Part shown: positions 8,209 to 17,439 of the stretch, in pieces
Numbering within the stretch: position 1 is the stretch's first letter
Layout of the letters: each line of letters starts with the position of its first letter
NCBI GenBank assembly: GCA_964479005.1
Contig: CAYZJA010000001.1
Span: 192,001 to 256,000 of the forward strand
Source of the DNA: an uncultured Candidatus Saccharibacteria bacterium
GTDB lineage: Bacteria; Patescibacteriota; Minisyncoccia; UBA6257
DNA: 64,000 nucleotides
Direction: 5' to 3'
The notes under the pieces: model-generated
What the model was told of the DNA's origin: nothing
Databases searched by the model: none
Seen by the model: the letters and a program-made list of their open reading frames with translations, nothing else
Program-made: the position numbers and the translations under genes

Positions 8209-8781
8209 ATGAAAATCTTAATCGATTTGGACGGAACAGTATTTGAGACTTACGACACTTTAGAAGAAAAGTTTGTCCAGAAATTTAATCGCAAAATGAA
8301 CTGGCAGGCGCTGAAAAGCGGCAAGAATCATTACTGGCAAACAGATGGGGGTAAGTGGATAGTCAAGCAATTCAAAGACCCAAACTTTTATTACAATTTA
8401 GAAACTTATCCTGATGCTCCCAAAGTGTTAAGGCAACTTGCCCGAAAACATACAATCATATATTGTACCGCGAGGAGGTTTGGATTAGAAAATGCCACCT
8501 CCTATTCGCTTGGTTATAGAAAACTGCCATTCGGGAAGGTATATTGTATTGGCAGGAGACACATTGCGGGGGTTAAAAAGAGAATTGCCTTAGATGAAAA
8601 AATTGACCTTGCTATTGATGATGAATCAAAAGTGGTAGAAAAACTTTCTGAAGTCTGTCAAGTTTTGATATTTACTCAGAATTATAATAAAGGTTGTAAA
8701 TTCGGTAAGAGAGTAAAATCTTGGAAGGAGGTGCGTCATGAATTACAAGCAAAGAAAAGAAATAATAGAACAAGCAAATAA
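8209..8781 (+). CDS. HAD-superfamily 5'(3')-deoxyribonucleotidase-like protein (NT5C family)
   Basis: MKILIDLDGTV (HAD motif I DxDGT) after SD AGGAGG; phage-type nucleotidase architecture. Confidence 0.55.
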   Translation: MKILIDLDGTVFETYDTLEEKFVQKFNRKMNWQALKSGKNHYWQTDGGKWIVKQFKDPNFYYNLETYPDAPKVLRQLARKHTIIYCTARRFGLENATSYSLGYRKLPFGKVYCIGRRHIAGVKKRIALDEKIDLAIDDESKVVEKLSEVCQVLIFTQNYNKGCKFGKRVKSWKEVRHELQAKKRNNRTSK

Positions 8782-9073
8782 AAGACGTCAATCCTTAATG
8801 CTTAATAAAGGAAAAGAATATTCAAAGGGTAATGCCGATATTAATTATAACTTTAAAGAAGTTGCTGATAGATTAGGCACTCGTCTTGCTGGAACTCCTG
8901 AATATACTTGTTTAGTTTATTTATTCAAACAGATTTTATCAATAGAGAAATGGGCAAGAGATGGAAAGTTAAGTTCAGGGGAAACAATTTTTTCAAGATT
9001 AGATGATGCCAGAAACTACATGGATATTTTAGAAAGTCTGATAAGAGAAAAATCCGATGTACAAGGAAGGTGA
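8738..9073 (+). CDS. hypothetical protein (111 aa)
   Basis: ORF with an SD-like GGAGGTG upstream; overlaps the end of the preceding gene. Confidence 0.35.
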   Translation: MNYKQRKEIIEQANKRRQSLMLNKGKEYSKGNADINYNFKEVADRLGTRLAGTPEYTCLVYLFKQILSIEKWARDGKLSSGETIFSRLDDARNYMDILESLIREKSDVQGR

Positions 9074-9220
9074 TGGTATGGAAATTCAGAATGTTTACTG
9101 TTTGATTAAGATTACTTGTGTTGTGATTATTGTAGTAGGATTTTTCGCAATTGTTCAATTACATCTTAAAAGAGAAAAGCAAAGGATACGGGATTATTAT
9201 AAAAGAGGAGGTGATAAGCG

Positions 9221-10303
9221 ATGAAAAAACTACTCGTAGTATTGATTTGTTTGTTTCTATTAGTTCCAACTGTAATTTCTGCACCAGTTGAAAGATTAAG
9301 TGTAGGAGATTTTACTCGTGCAGTAACGGCTCAGATAGTCTGTAATGTTGATGTGTATAGACGGGATTTAACCTGGTATAAGATTGAGGATGGTCAGGTG
9401 ATCCCTGAATTCAAAGATTTAGATGAAGATGACTGGGCATATCAATGGTTAAAGAAAGGCTGGTTCGTGGTATATGGCGAATGGAATACAGAACCTCGCA
9501 AAGGTAAGATAATGGGTTCTGGTGAAGTATTATATTCCTGGTTATTACCTATGGGGATTAACTTAGAAGGTAAACCTGCTGCAACTTATGTAGGCACAAA
9601 TGCCCATGTGGTAGATGTATTTATGTTAGAAGCCAGTAGGGGTTCAAGAGATAAACCATTAGACCTATATGCCGAGAAGGACACGATGAAGACAATGAAT
9701 ATGCTTAGAACGACTTATAAAGAAGAGGCTAAACCAATAGCCCAGTATTACTTTGATATAGATAACAGTTATATCACTGTAAAGACCGAAGCAGACCAAA
9801 GATTTAGAACTAAAGTTAACATCGTATTGTTTGACATAGCATTAGATTTTGCCTTATTGGAAATGGAAAATGTTTTAGGTCTGCCTTATGTGAGTTTTAG
9901 AGGCACTCCTATACAGGTTGGCGAAACGATTAAAATCTGTGGAGCACCATTAGGATTTGCTTTTAGTAGAGACGAAGGACGAGTAAGTCAAGTTCACTTA
10001 AATCTCGGAACTGATGGAGTGGAAGATTATATTGTATGGGATAACCAAGTGCGTATGGATATTGCTGCTGCACCAGGAAGTTCGGGTAGTGCGATATTTG
10101 ATAAAGATGGCTATATGATTGCCCAATTACACGGAATAATGGTTCACAACGGCAACTATATTCAAGGCGGACAATTAGCAGTAGACCAAGAAGATATAAT
10201 TCGTTTTCTGGTGTTAAATGGTTTTTCGTGGATAGTTCAAAATCCTTATGGAATTTGGGCTAACGCACCATATAATACAGTCCGACCAAAAGTAGGAGAA
10301 TAG
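9221..10303 (+). CDS. secreted trypsin-like (S1/HtrA-type) serine peptidase
   Basis: Signal peptide MKKLLVVLICLFLLVPTVISAP; catalytic-triad-like motifs GTNAHVVD (His), DFALLE (Asp), APGSSGSAIF (Ser). Confidence 0.55.
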   Translation: MKKLLVVLICLFLLVPTVISAPVERLSVGDFTRAVTAQIVCNVDVYRRDLTWYKIEDGQVIPEFKDLDEDDWAYQWLKKGWFVVYGEWNTEPRKGKIMGSGEVLYSWLLPMGINLEGKPAATYVGTNAHVVDVFMLEASRGSRDKPLDLYAEKDTMKTMNMLRTTYKEEAKPIAQYYFDIDNSYITVKTEADQRFRTKVNIVLFDIALDFALLEMENVLGLPYVSFRGTPIQVGETIKICGAPLGFAFSRDEGRVSQVHLNLGTDGVEDYIVWDNQVRMDIAAAPGSSGSAIFDKDGYMIAQLHGIMVHNGNYIQGGQLAVDQEDIIRFLVLNGFSWIVQNPYGIWANAPYNTVRPKVGE

Positions 10304-10536
10304 AAATGAGAATTAACGCAGAGGGGGCTTACCTTGATGGTTTCTAAAAGTCCCCCTCCAGCTGTATGGAGGTGATTAAGATGAGGTGGTTATTACTCAC
10401 ATTTGCAATATCTACTATCATATCTTTTGTAGGATTTGTGAATTGTAAAATGGAAAAGGAGAAAGATTGGTTTATTGCGTTATTGGTTTCTGCAACATTA
10501 GTTGTATTGATGTTTGTTGAATTATCTTAGGGGGAG

Positions 10537-10893
10537 GTGATAGAGATGAAGAAACGAAGAAAAAAGCAAAAAGTTAAGAGAGAAGTTTTAAAGAAAATTG
10601 TTAGAGAGAAAAAGGTTTGTTATTTCTGTGGAACTACCGAGAATATAACCGAGCATCACATAATTTTTAAGTGTTTCATTAAAGGCGGAGAGTTACCAAA
10701 TAACAAGAAAGACATTTGTGATAAGTGCCACAAGCAGTTTCATAAATTAGCAAAACCTGTTGTGGATTTACTCTTATCGGTAATTCAAGGATTACAACCG
10801 AAACCAACTCGGAAAATAGGATTCATAAGAACGAACAACAAAGGAGGCGAAAGAAATGAGAAACATAAAAAGATGTCTATTGTTCTATCCTGA
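10537..10893 (+). CDS. HNH-type zinc-finger nuclease-like protein
   Basis: CYFCG...EHHIIF...CDKCHKQFH (C-x2-C...HH...C-x2-C-H). Confidence 0.5.
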   Translation: MIEMKKRRKKQKVKREVLKKIVREKKVCYFCGTTENITEHHIIFKCFIKGGELPNNKKDICDKCHKQFHKLAKPVVDLLLSVIQGLQPKPTRKIGFIRTNNKGGERNEKHKKMSIVLS

Positions 10894-11080
10894 CATACTG
10901 CCAGCTTTACCTTGTTCTTATCCCGATGAGGATAAATGCGGTAGATATATGAAAATCTATCGTAGAAGTAAGAACAGAAAACAGGCAATAGTTCTTTGCT
11001 CACATCGGGTTAAAGAATTAGGTAGAAAGACTTGTGTCAGAGAACAAATGAAACTCAAAGATTCTACAATTTACAGGTAG
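10856..11080 (+). CDS. Cys-rich mini-protein (74 aa), paralogue of 11436-11630
   Basis: Shared motif PC-x-YPD-x2-KCGR and a later C-x-H/C pair. Confidence 0.35.
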   Translation: MRNIKRCLLFYPDILPALPCSYPDEDKCGRYMKIYRRSKNRKQAIVLCSHRVKELGRKTCVREQMKLKDSTIYR

Positions 11081-11113
11081 AATTCTCAAAGCCATTAGAA
11101 GGAGGGAGAAGAA

Positions 11114-11275
11114 ATGAAAACAAGAATAGTAGTAATTGTAGAAAATGAAATATCTTATTCAGTAAATGATTTTACCAGAATGGAACTCAAAGTTTTCAAG
11201 AAAAGGATTAAGGAACAGATAGAAGAGAAATTGTTAGCAGGTTGGAAAGTGATAAAAATAAAAATTAGGAGGTAA
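11114..11275 (+). CDS. small hypothetical protein (53 aa)
   Basis: ATG 8 nt after GGAGGGAG; MKTRIVVIVENEISYSV... Confidence 0.3.
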   Translation: MKTRIVVIVENEISYSVNDFTRMELKVFKKRIKEQIEEKLLAGWKVIKIKIRR

Positions 11276-11435
11276 GAAGTAATGAGAATAACAAGAGAAG
11301 AGCTCGTAAAACAAGGATGGTCATTTATGAGAAGAATAAGCAGAAATTGCGAAATCTGGACAAGAGAAGAAGGAATGATCCTATGGAATAGAGAAACATT
11401 AAAGGTTTATGTGATATGTTAGGAGGTAAAAAGAA

Positions 11436-11630
11436 ATGAGAGATATTTATCGTTGTCCGATTATGTGGAAACTTTTAAAGAAAGCAACTCCTTGTGCGTA
11501 TCCTGATGTTGAAAAATGTGGAAGAGTTGGTGGCTCTTTCCTTTGTAAATATCGGATAGCTGAAATAGGTAAAAAGAATTGCCTTAAAGAAGTTGCTGAG
11601 TTGAAAGATTTTGCTAAAACTCTCAAATAA
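11436..11630 (+). CDS. Cys-rich mini-protein (64 aa)
   Basis: MRDIYRCPIMWKLLKKATPCAYPDVEKCGRVGGSFLCKYRIAEIGKKNCLKE; SD AGGAGGTAA. Confidence 0.35.
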   Translation: MRDIYRCPIMWKLLKKATPCAYPDVEKCGRVGGSFLCKYRIAEIGKKNCLKEVAELKDFAKTLK

Positions 11631-11794
11631 AAGCCAATGGCAAGAGGGCTATATCTCTTGCCACTCTCTCGGAGGGTATTTGTAGATGTTGTTCAAAATC
11701 ACATAAGTCCCATTTTTCTACAAGTATCTTCCGAGAGGGTAATTTCCTCAAACTAATAAAGGTCTTTAAAAAATAATCATAAATAAATATAAAT

Positions 11795-11995
11795 ATGAAA
11801 TTTTGGAAACCTCTCACAAAATACAGATATAGCAAAGAGAGAAATGAAGTTAAATATCATACTGATTTTATGCTTGATAAAGAAGAAGGATTTGAATTAA
11901 GATTTGCGGACTTTATGTTTAAGGAAAAAGTTCCAAAAGATAAGGTTTGGAAATGTCATCTTGAGCTTGCTGTGGAGGAATTTAATGAAAAATAA
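11795..11995 (+). CDS. hypothetical protein (66 aa)
   Basis: ORF only. Confidence 0.25.
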   Translation: MKFWKPLTKYRYSKERNEVKYHTDFMLDKEEGFELRFADFMFKEKVPKDKVWKCHLELAVEEFNEK

Positions 11996-12103
11996 AACAA
12001 CCAAAAAACATTGTGCGTTACATTATAAATCTAAATAAACTTAGTTATATTATTTTAATAGATTAAAACAATTTTTAAATTTTACGAATTAGAATATGTT
12101 CCA

Positions 12104-12556
12104 ATGTTCCAAATATCCGAAGAAAAATTAAAAAAGATAAGAACGGTAGAAATTGCCATCAATAAGAATTTATTTTTAATTTGTATTGTTATTTCAGTAA
12201 TAACAATGAGTATTTTAGGAATAGAATTTTTTAGCCATAGAATCTTTCCTTCTTCTAAAATAAGTTTTTTTTACATTGGGATTTTGTTGATTTATTCTAT
12301 TCATAAGGAAATGTTGAGATGGGTAGGAGCAAAAAGAATAGAAAGGCAAGGTGAGTGGTTTGTTTATTTTTGGATCGGATTTACTATCATCTTATATGTT
12401 ATTAATTTCTCTACAAAAGGTTATTTTAATTATCCTTTAGGAAATACATCATCGGAATCGCTTAATCAAATTGCCGTTACTACTTTAGAAATCTGCGGCA
12501 TTTTTATTGTTTCTAGATTATCTAAGATGGCAAAGATTATTTTGGAAAAAAGATAA
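12104..12556 (+). CDS. hypothetical integral membrane protein (4 predicted TM)
   Basis: Hydrophobic segments throughout. Confidence 0.4.
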   Translation: MFQISEEKLKKIRTVEIAINKNLFLICIVISVITMSILGIEFFSHRIFPSSKISFFYIGILLIYSIHKEMLRWVGAKRIERQGEWFVYFWIGFTIILYVINFSTKGYFNYPLGNTSSESLNQIAVTTLEICGIFIVSRLSKMAKIILEKR

Positions 12557-12624
12557 TAATAATATTCTAAGATAGAACATTTTTTGTATTTTGAAAATTA
12601 AAAAGAGAGGAGGTGGACAATTTG

Positions 12625-13258
12625 ATGAAATTATTAAGAGTTTTTTTTGTCAGCTTTTGGGAAAGGAATTATAACTTTGGTTCCAATCTTAATTATTTTC
12701 TGGTTACTTGGACTTTTTTTGGGAGAAAATATGATAACTATGCGAGATATCATATTTTCTATTTTAAGGGGATTACTTCCTAGGGGGATGGTAGTGCAAG
12801 AGTGGATGATTGGTTTAGGATTGATTTTAACTATTCTGTTTGTCGGTTTAATTTCTTCATCAATTTTCAAAAGAATCTACGCCTGTACAGGTAGATTAAT
12901 AGGTAAATTAATCCAAAAATCATTAACAGGGAAAATAAAAGAACAATATCAGGATCAGGGTATGGTGATATTTGAGTTTAGGGAAGGAATATGGATTCCA
13001 GGAATTATAGTTGGATATATAGCAGGAAGTGAAAAACTTAAGGGTGGAAAATTTTTGAGAATCTTTATTCCCAATGTACCCATACCTTTAACTGGATTTT
13101 CACCTATTTTTGTGCAAGAAAGCAAAGTGATACATATCGATCTTCCGGTTGATGAGGTACTTAATATGTATATTTCAGCTGGGATATTAGGCCCTAAAAG
13201 ACTCCCAGAAATAGTCAGGGAATTAGAGAAAAGAGAAATAATATCAAAAATAGACTAG
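12625..13258 (+). CDS. DUF502-family membrane protein, interrupted by a +1/-1 frame change in a T8 homopolymer (12641-12648)
   Basis: SD AGGAGGTGG is 9 nt upstream of ATG 12625 (frame 0), which reads MKLLRVFF... The long DUF502 body (P-x-P-x-TG motif FIPNVPIPLTGFSPIFV) is in frame +1 from 12647. One extra T would fuse them into MKLLRVFFLSAFGKG..., a typical DUF502 N-terminus. Confidence 0.55.
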
Positions 13259-13276
13259 TAGAGACTTTTAAAGGCG

Positions 13277-13322
13277 GTCTCAATATTTATCTGAGAACCG
13301 CCCTTTTTTTTGGTATAAGAAA
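13277..13322 (+). terminator. intrinsic terminator after the DUF502 gene
   Basis: GGCGGTCTC...GAGAACCGCC stem followed by T8. Confidence 0.6.
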
Positions 13323-13432
13323 ACTCTAATCTATACCAGGGATGGATTGACTAACAAGATTATTAGTGGTATAATTGGATTACTCTACTTAGTACTCTTG
13401 AAAATTTTAAAAAAAGGAGGAAAAAGAAAAAG

Positions 13433-13675
13433 ATGAAAAGGATATTATTTGAAAAGAACGCTAAAAGAATTACAAAGGCAGTAGCAGAATTTGTTGCAGA
13501 AGAATTTAAGCCTTTGAGGGAAGGGGATAAGATAAAAAAGATAGGAGAGCTGTTAAAGGGTTTTGAAGACACAAAAAAAATAAATGGAAATTTTTTTGTT
13601 GTTCTTCGATTACCTGAAGGGACAGAAGCAGCAATTGACTTACAAGGAAGACTTTATGACTTAAATGAAATTTGA
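13433..13675 (+). CDS. hypothetical protein (80 aa)
   Basis: SD AAGGAGG upstream. Confidence 0.35.
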   Translation: MKRILFEKNAKRITKAVAEFVAEEFKPLREGDKIKKIGELLKGFEDTKKINGNFFVVLRLPEGTEAAIDLQGRLYDLNEI

Positions 13676-13703
13676 TTTTAGGCAATAGGAGGCGAAAAAC
13701 ATA

Positions 13704-13787
13704 ATGACAGTAACTACATTTTCAGAATTCTTGCCCTGGTTTGTAATAATGATCGGAGTGTATTTTTTATCTCTTTGGATAAAATAA
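13704..13787 (+). CDS. small hydrophobic peptide (27 aa, MTVTTFSEFLPWFVIMIGVYFLSLWIK)
   Basis: Unlisted ORF with a perfect SD AGGAGG 7 nt upstream; single TM. Confidence 0.35.
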   Translation: MTVTTFSEFLPWFVIMIGVYFLSLWIK

Positions 13788-13842
13788 GACAACAAAACCG
13801 CTTAGAAGGTTGCATAAGTGTAACTGGACAAGCGGTTTTAAA

Positions 13843-13871
13843 TTGCTATATTCGCTTTTTTGTGATATAAT
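13843..13871 (+). promoter_or_regulatory. promoter of the efflux operon (TTGCTA-17-TGaTATAAT, extended -10)
   Basis: TTGCTA 13843-48; TATAAT 13866-71 preceded by TGa; upstream stem AAACCGCTT/AAGCGGTTT. Confidence 0.5.
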
Positions 13872-13889
13872 TTTAGAACAAAAATACTT

Positions 13890-15461
13890 ATGGATATTCT
13901 CAAAAACATATACAAAGAATTTATTAAAAGGCGGGTTATTGTTATTATCGGCGCTATTATTTTATTAGTAATTTATTTGTTCTTTTTTAGAAATAACAAA
14001 GAACCAGAATATAACTTAGCAATAGCTGAGAGAGGATCTATAAGAGAAGAGGTTTCAGTTACAGGTAAAATAGAAGCTATTGAAAACATAGATTTGTCTT
14101 TTAGGGCTACAGGAAATGTATCCCAAGTTTTAATTGAAACTGGAAGTGAGGTTAAAAAAGGTCAAGTTTTAGCTAGTTTAGAAAATAATGATTTATGGGC
14201 TCAATTAAGACAAGCTAAAGCTAATTTAGAGGCTGAAAAAGCTAAATTAGATGAATTAGAAAAAGGAACCAGACAAGAAACAATTAATATTAAACAGACA
14301 GAGCTTTCTAAAGCCCAACAAGACTTAGATAATTATTATTTGGATATCTTAGATGTCTTAAATGATTCTTATGCTAAAGCTGAAGAAGCTATCAAAATAA
14401 AAATCAAGGATATCTTTTTAGGAGCAGAAGCGGCAAATAGCTATATATTGAATTTTGATACTTGCGTGTCTAATGAGATATCTTCAGATGTTGGATATTC
14501 ACGATTAGTATCTGAGAGGGAGCTTAAAGAATGGAAAAATCAATTATCCATAATTAACATTAATTCTTCCAAAGAGGAATTAAATTTGGCAATAAAGAAT
14601 GCAAAAGAATATACGGTTTCTTTTAAAGATTTTTTTGGAAAATTAAATAATATTTTATTAGCAGATTGTTCTTATAGTAATCCTAACCTTGATGTTTATA
14701 GAATTGATACAAATACTGGTAGAAATCTTATTATTACCGCGATAACTAATATTAATAATTTAGAACAGAGTGTTGCCTCTCAAAAATTATTAGTTGAAAA
14801 AACACAAAACGAATTAGATCTTTTGTTAGCCGGTTCTACAAAAGAACAAATTATTACCCAACAAGCAAAAGTAGAATATGCTGAAGCTGATATAGCTAAT
14901 CGTTATGCGCTAATTGAAAAAACCATTATTCGCGCCCCAATAGATGGTTTTATAGCCAAAAAAGAAATAAAAAAAGGTGAGGTAGTATTGGCAAATGTTT
15001 CAGTAGTTAGTCTTATGGCAGAAAAAGGATTACAGATTAAAACATATGTTCCTGAGGTTGACGTTTCTAAAGTTAAGGTAGGGGATAGAGTTTTGATAAC
15101 TTTAGACGCTTTTCCTCGAAAAGAATTTTTTGGAGAAATAATACATATTGATTCTGCTGAGACGATTGTTGATGGTGTAGTTTATTATAAAGTAAAAAGT
15201 ACAATTGATACTAAAGATACTAATATTAAATCAGGGATGACTGCTGATATTATTATTATCACCGATTCAAAAGAAGATGCTTTGATTATTCCAAGAAGAG
15301 CTGTGATAGAAAAAGAGGGAAAGAGCATGGTAAGAATTCCTGTTAATGGGGATTTTCAAGAAATTGAAGTTGAAACAGGCTTAGTAGGCTCTGATGGAAA
15401 TATTGAAATCATATCTGGATTAAAAGAAGATGATAAAGTAATTACTTTTATCAAAAAATGA
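13890..15461 (+). CDS. HlyD/MacA-family periplasmic adaptor subunit (efflux)
   Basis: N-terminal TM, long coiled-coil, C-terminal beta-barrel/lipoyl-like segments; upstream of the MacB-like ATPase and permease. Confidence 0.7.
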   Translation: MDILKNIYKEFIKRRVIVIIGAIILLVIYLFFFRNNKEPEYNLAIAERGSIREEVSVTGKIEAIENIDLSFRATGNVSQVLIETGSEVKKGQVLASLENNDLWAQLRQAKANLEAEKAKLDELEKGTRQETINIKQTELSKAQQDLDNYYLDILDVLNDSYAKAEEAIKIKIKDIFLGAEAANSYILNFDTCVSNEISSDVGYSRLVSERELKEWKNQLSIININSSKEELNLAIKNAKEYTVSFKDFFGKLNNILLADCSYSNPNLDVYRIDTNTGRNLIITAITNINNLEQSVASQKLLVEKTQNELDLLLAGSTKEQIITQQAKVEYAEADIANRYALIEKTIIRAPIDGFIAKKEIKKGEVVLANVSVVSLMAEKGLQIKTYVPEVDVSKVKVGDRVLITLDAFPRKEFFGEIIHIDSAETIVDGVVYYKVKSTIDTKDTNIKSGMTADIIIITDSKEDALIIPRRAVIEKEGKSMVRIPVNGDFQEIEVETGLVGSDGNIEIISGLKEDDKVITFIKK

Positions 15462-15468
15462 TAACTCT

Positions 15469-16179
15469 ATGATACAAATAGAGAGTCTTAAAAAGATTTA
15501 TCGCAATGATTCTGTTGAAACCCCAGCTCTTCAAGGGGTTTCTTTTAGGATTAAACAAGGAGAATTTGTTTCTATCATGGGACCTTCTGGTTCTGGGAAA
15601 TCAACTTTAATGCATATCATGTGCTTTTTAGACAGACCAAGTTCAGGAATTTGTAAATTTGAAGGAAAGAGTATTGATAGTTTAACTGATGATGAGTTAG
15701 CAAGAATCAGAAATAAAAAAATGGGTTTTGTTTTTCAATCCTATAATCTTTTATCCAGAACTACTGTTTTTGACAACGTGAGATTACCTTTAATTTATAC
15801 TGGTTTTTCTAAACAAAAAGAATATGAGATGACAAAACAGGCCCTTGAGGCAGTTGGTATTTTACATAGGGCTTCTCATTTTCCAAATCAGCTTTCTGGT
15901 GGAGAACAGCAAAAAACAGCAATTGCCCGGGCAATAGTCAATCATCCGTCTGTAATTTTTGCAGATGAACCAACTGGTAATTTAGACAGTAAATCTGGTC
16001 AGCAAATAATGGATATTTTTGAAAAACTTAATAATCAAGGCCATACTGTAATTTTAGTTACGCATGAGAAATATACTGCTGAAATGGCAAAAAGGATTAT
16101 TTCATTAAAAGACGGAAAAGTAATTAAAGATGAATTAGTAAATTCAAGGCATTATGCTAAGGATGGTTTAATTAAATGA
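15469..16179 (+). CDS. ABC transporter ATP-binding protein (MacB/LolD family)
   Basis: Walker A GPSGSGKST, signature LSGGEQQ, Walker B IIFADEPTGNLD. Confidence 0.85.
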   Translation: MIQIESLKKIYRNDSVETPALQGVSFRIKQGEFVSIMGPSGSGKSTLMHIMCFLDRPSSGICKFEGKSIDSLTDDELARIRNKKMGFVFQSYNLLSRTTVFDNVRLPLIYTGFSKQKEYEMTKQALEAVGILHRASHFPNQLSGGEQQKTAIARAIVNHPSVIFADEPTGNLDSKSGQQIMDIFEKLNNQGHTVILVTHEKYTAEMAKRIISLKDGKVIKDELVNSRHYAKDGLIK

Positions 16180-16183
16180 AATT

Positions 16184-17437
16184 ATGAAATTTAATAATTC
16201 TTTTAAAACAGCAATAATAGGATTAAAAACGAATAAAACACGTTCTTTTTTGACTATTTTAGGAATTGTTATTGGAATAGCATCAGTTATTTTAATGATG
16301 TCATTAGGAGATGGAGCTCAGAATTTAATTTTAAGGCAAATTATGTCTATGGGCGCTAATAACATTTATGTTGAACCAGGTGCTTTCACAGGAGGAGGGG
16401 ATATAACACAACAAATGATGGAGGGGATGGAAATTAAAACACTAACCTTTGAAGACATGGAAGCAATTGAAAAAGATCCATTAGTGGAAATGGTTGCTCC
16501 AATAGTTGTTAGTGTTAGCAGAGTAATTTATAAAAATAATGATGAAAAGATTACCTTTTATGGTACTACCCCGGCATATAATAAAATAACAGATGTTCAA
16601 ACTATATTAGGGTCTGATATTACTGATTTTGACGTTCGTAGTATGTCAAAAGTGGTTGTTTTAGGATATAAAATAAAGGAAGATTTATTTGAAGATGAAA
16701 ATCCAATTGGTAAGATTATTAGAATTAAACAAACAAATTTTAGGGTTATTGGTGTTATGGAAGAACAAGGAACGCAGATGTTTCAAAATTTAGATGAATA
16801 TATATATATTCCGATTACTACCGCCCAGAAATTTTTATTAGGCATTAATCACGTGCAGTCTTCCGTGGTTAAAATAGTTAGTCAGGATAAAATTGATGAA
16901 GCTGTAGAAAGCGTTCGTTTAATGTTACGAGAACGGCATAATATATATAATCCAGAGGGCGATTTAGCTAAAGATGATTTTAAAGTGGTGAGCGGGAAAG
17001 AAACTGCAGATATTATGAATACGGTTACAAGTATCCTTACATTACTTTTATCATCTGTAGCCGCTATTGCTTTAATAGTTGGTGGAGTTGGAATTATGAA
17101 TATTATGTTAGTTTCAGTGGCTGAAAGAACAAGGGAGATTGGTTTGAGAAAAGCGGTCGGCGCCCGTAAAAAAGATATTCTTTATCAATTTTTAATTGAA
17201 TCAGTAGTTCTAACTGGTTTAGGCGGAATATTAGGAATTTTATTAGGAGCTATTTTTTCTTATCTTATAAGCATTGCTTTAACTATGGCTTTAGGTATAA
17301 AGTGGGACTTTGTTCTTTCTTTAAGTTCCATAATTCTAGCCTTTGGAGTAGCTACAAGCATTGGTCTTGTTTTTGGAATTTATCCTGCTCGCAAAGCAGC
17401 AAAATTAAGCCCAATTGACGCTTTGAGATACGAATAA
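16184..17437 (+). CDS. ABC transporter permease (FtsX/MacB-type, 4 TM with a large periplasmic domain)
   Basis: MacB periplasmic-domain architecture plus the C-terminal FtsX TM bundle. Confidence 0.8.
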   Translation: MKFNNSFKTAIIGLKTNKTRSFLTILGIVIGIASVILMMSLGDGAQNLILRQIMSMGANNIYVEPGAFTGGGDITQQMMEGMEIKTLTFEDMEAIEKDPLVEMVAPIVVSVSRVIYKNNDEKITFYGTTPAYNKITDVQTILGSDITDFDVRSMSKVVVLGYKIKEDLFEDENPIGKIIRIKQTNFRVIGVMEEQGTQMFQNLDEYIYIPITTAQKFLLGINHVQSSVVKIVSQDKIDEAVESVRLMLRERHNIYNPEGDLAKDDFKVVSGKETADIMNTVTSILTLLLSSVAAIALIVGGVGIMNIMLVSVAERTREIGLRKAVGARKKDILYQFLIESVVLTGLGGILGILLGAIFSYLISIALTMALGIKWDFVLSLSSIILAFGVATSIGLVFGIYPARKAAKLSPIDALRYE

Positions 17438-17439
17438 AT

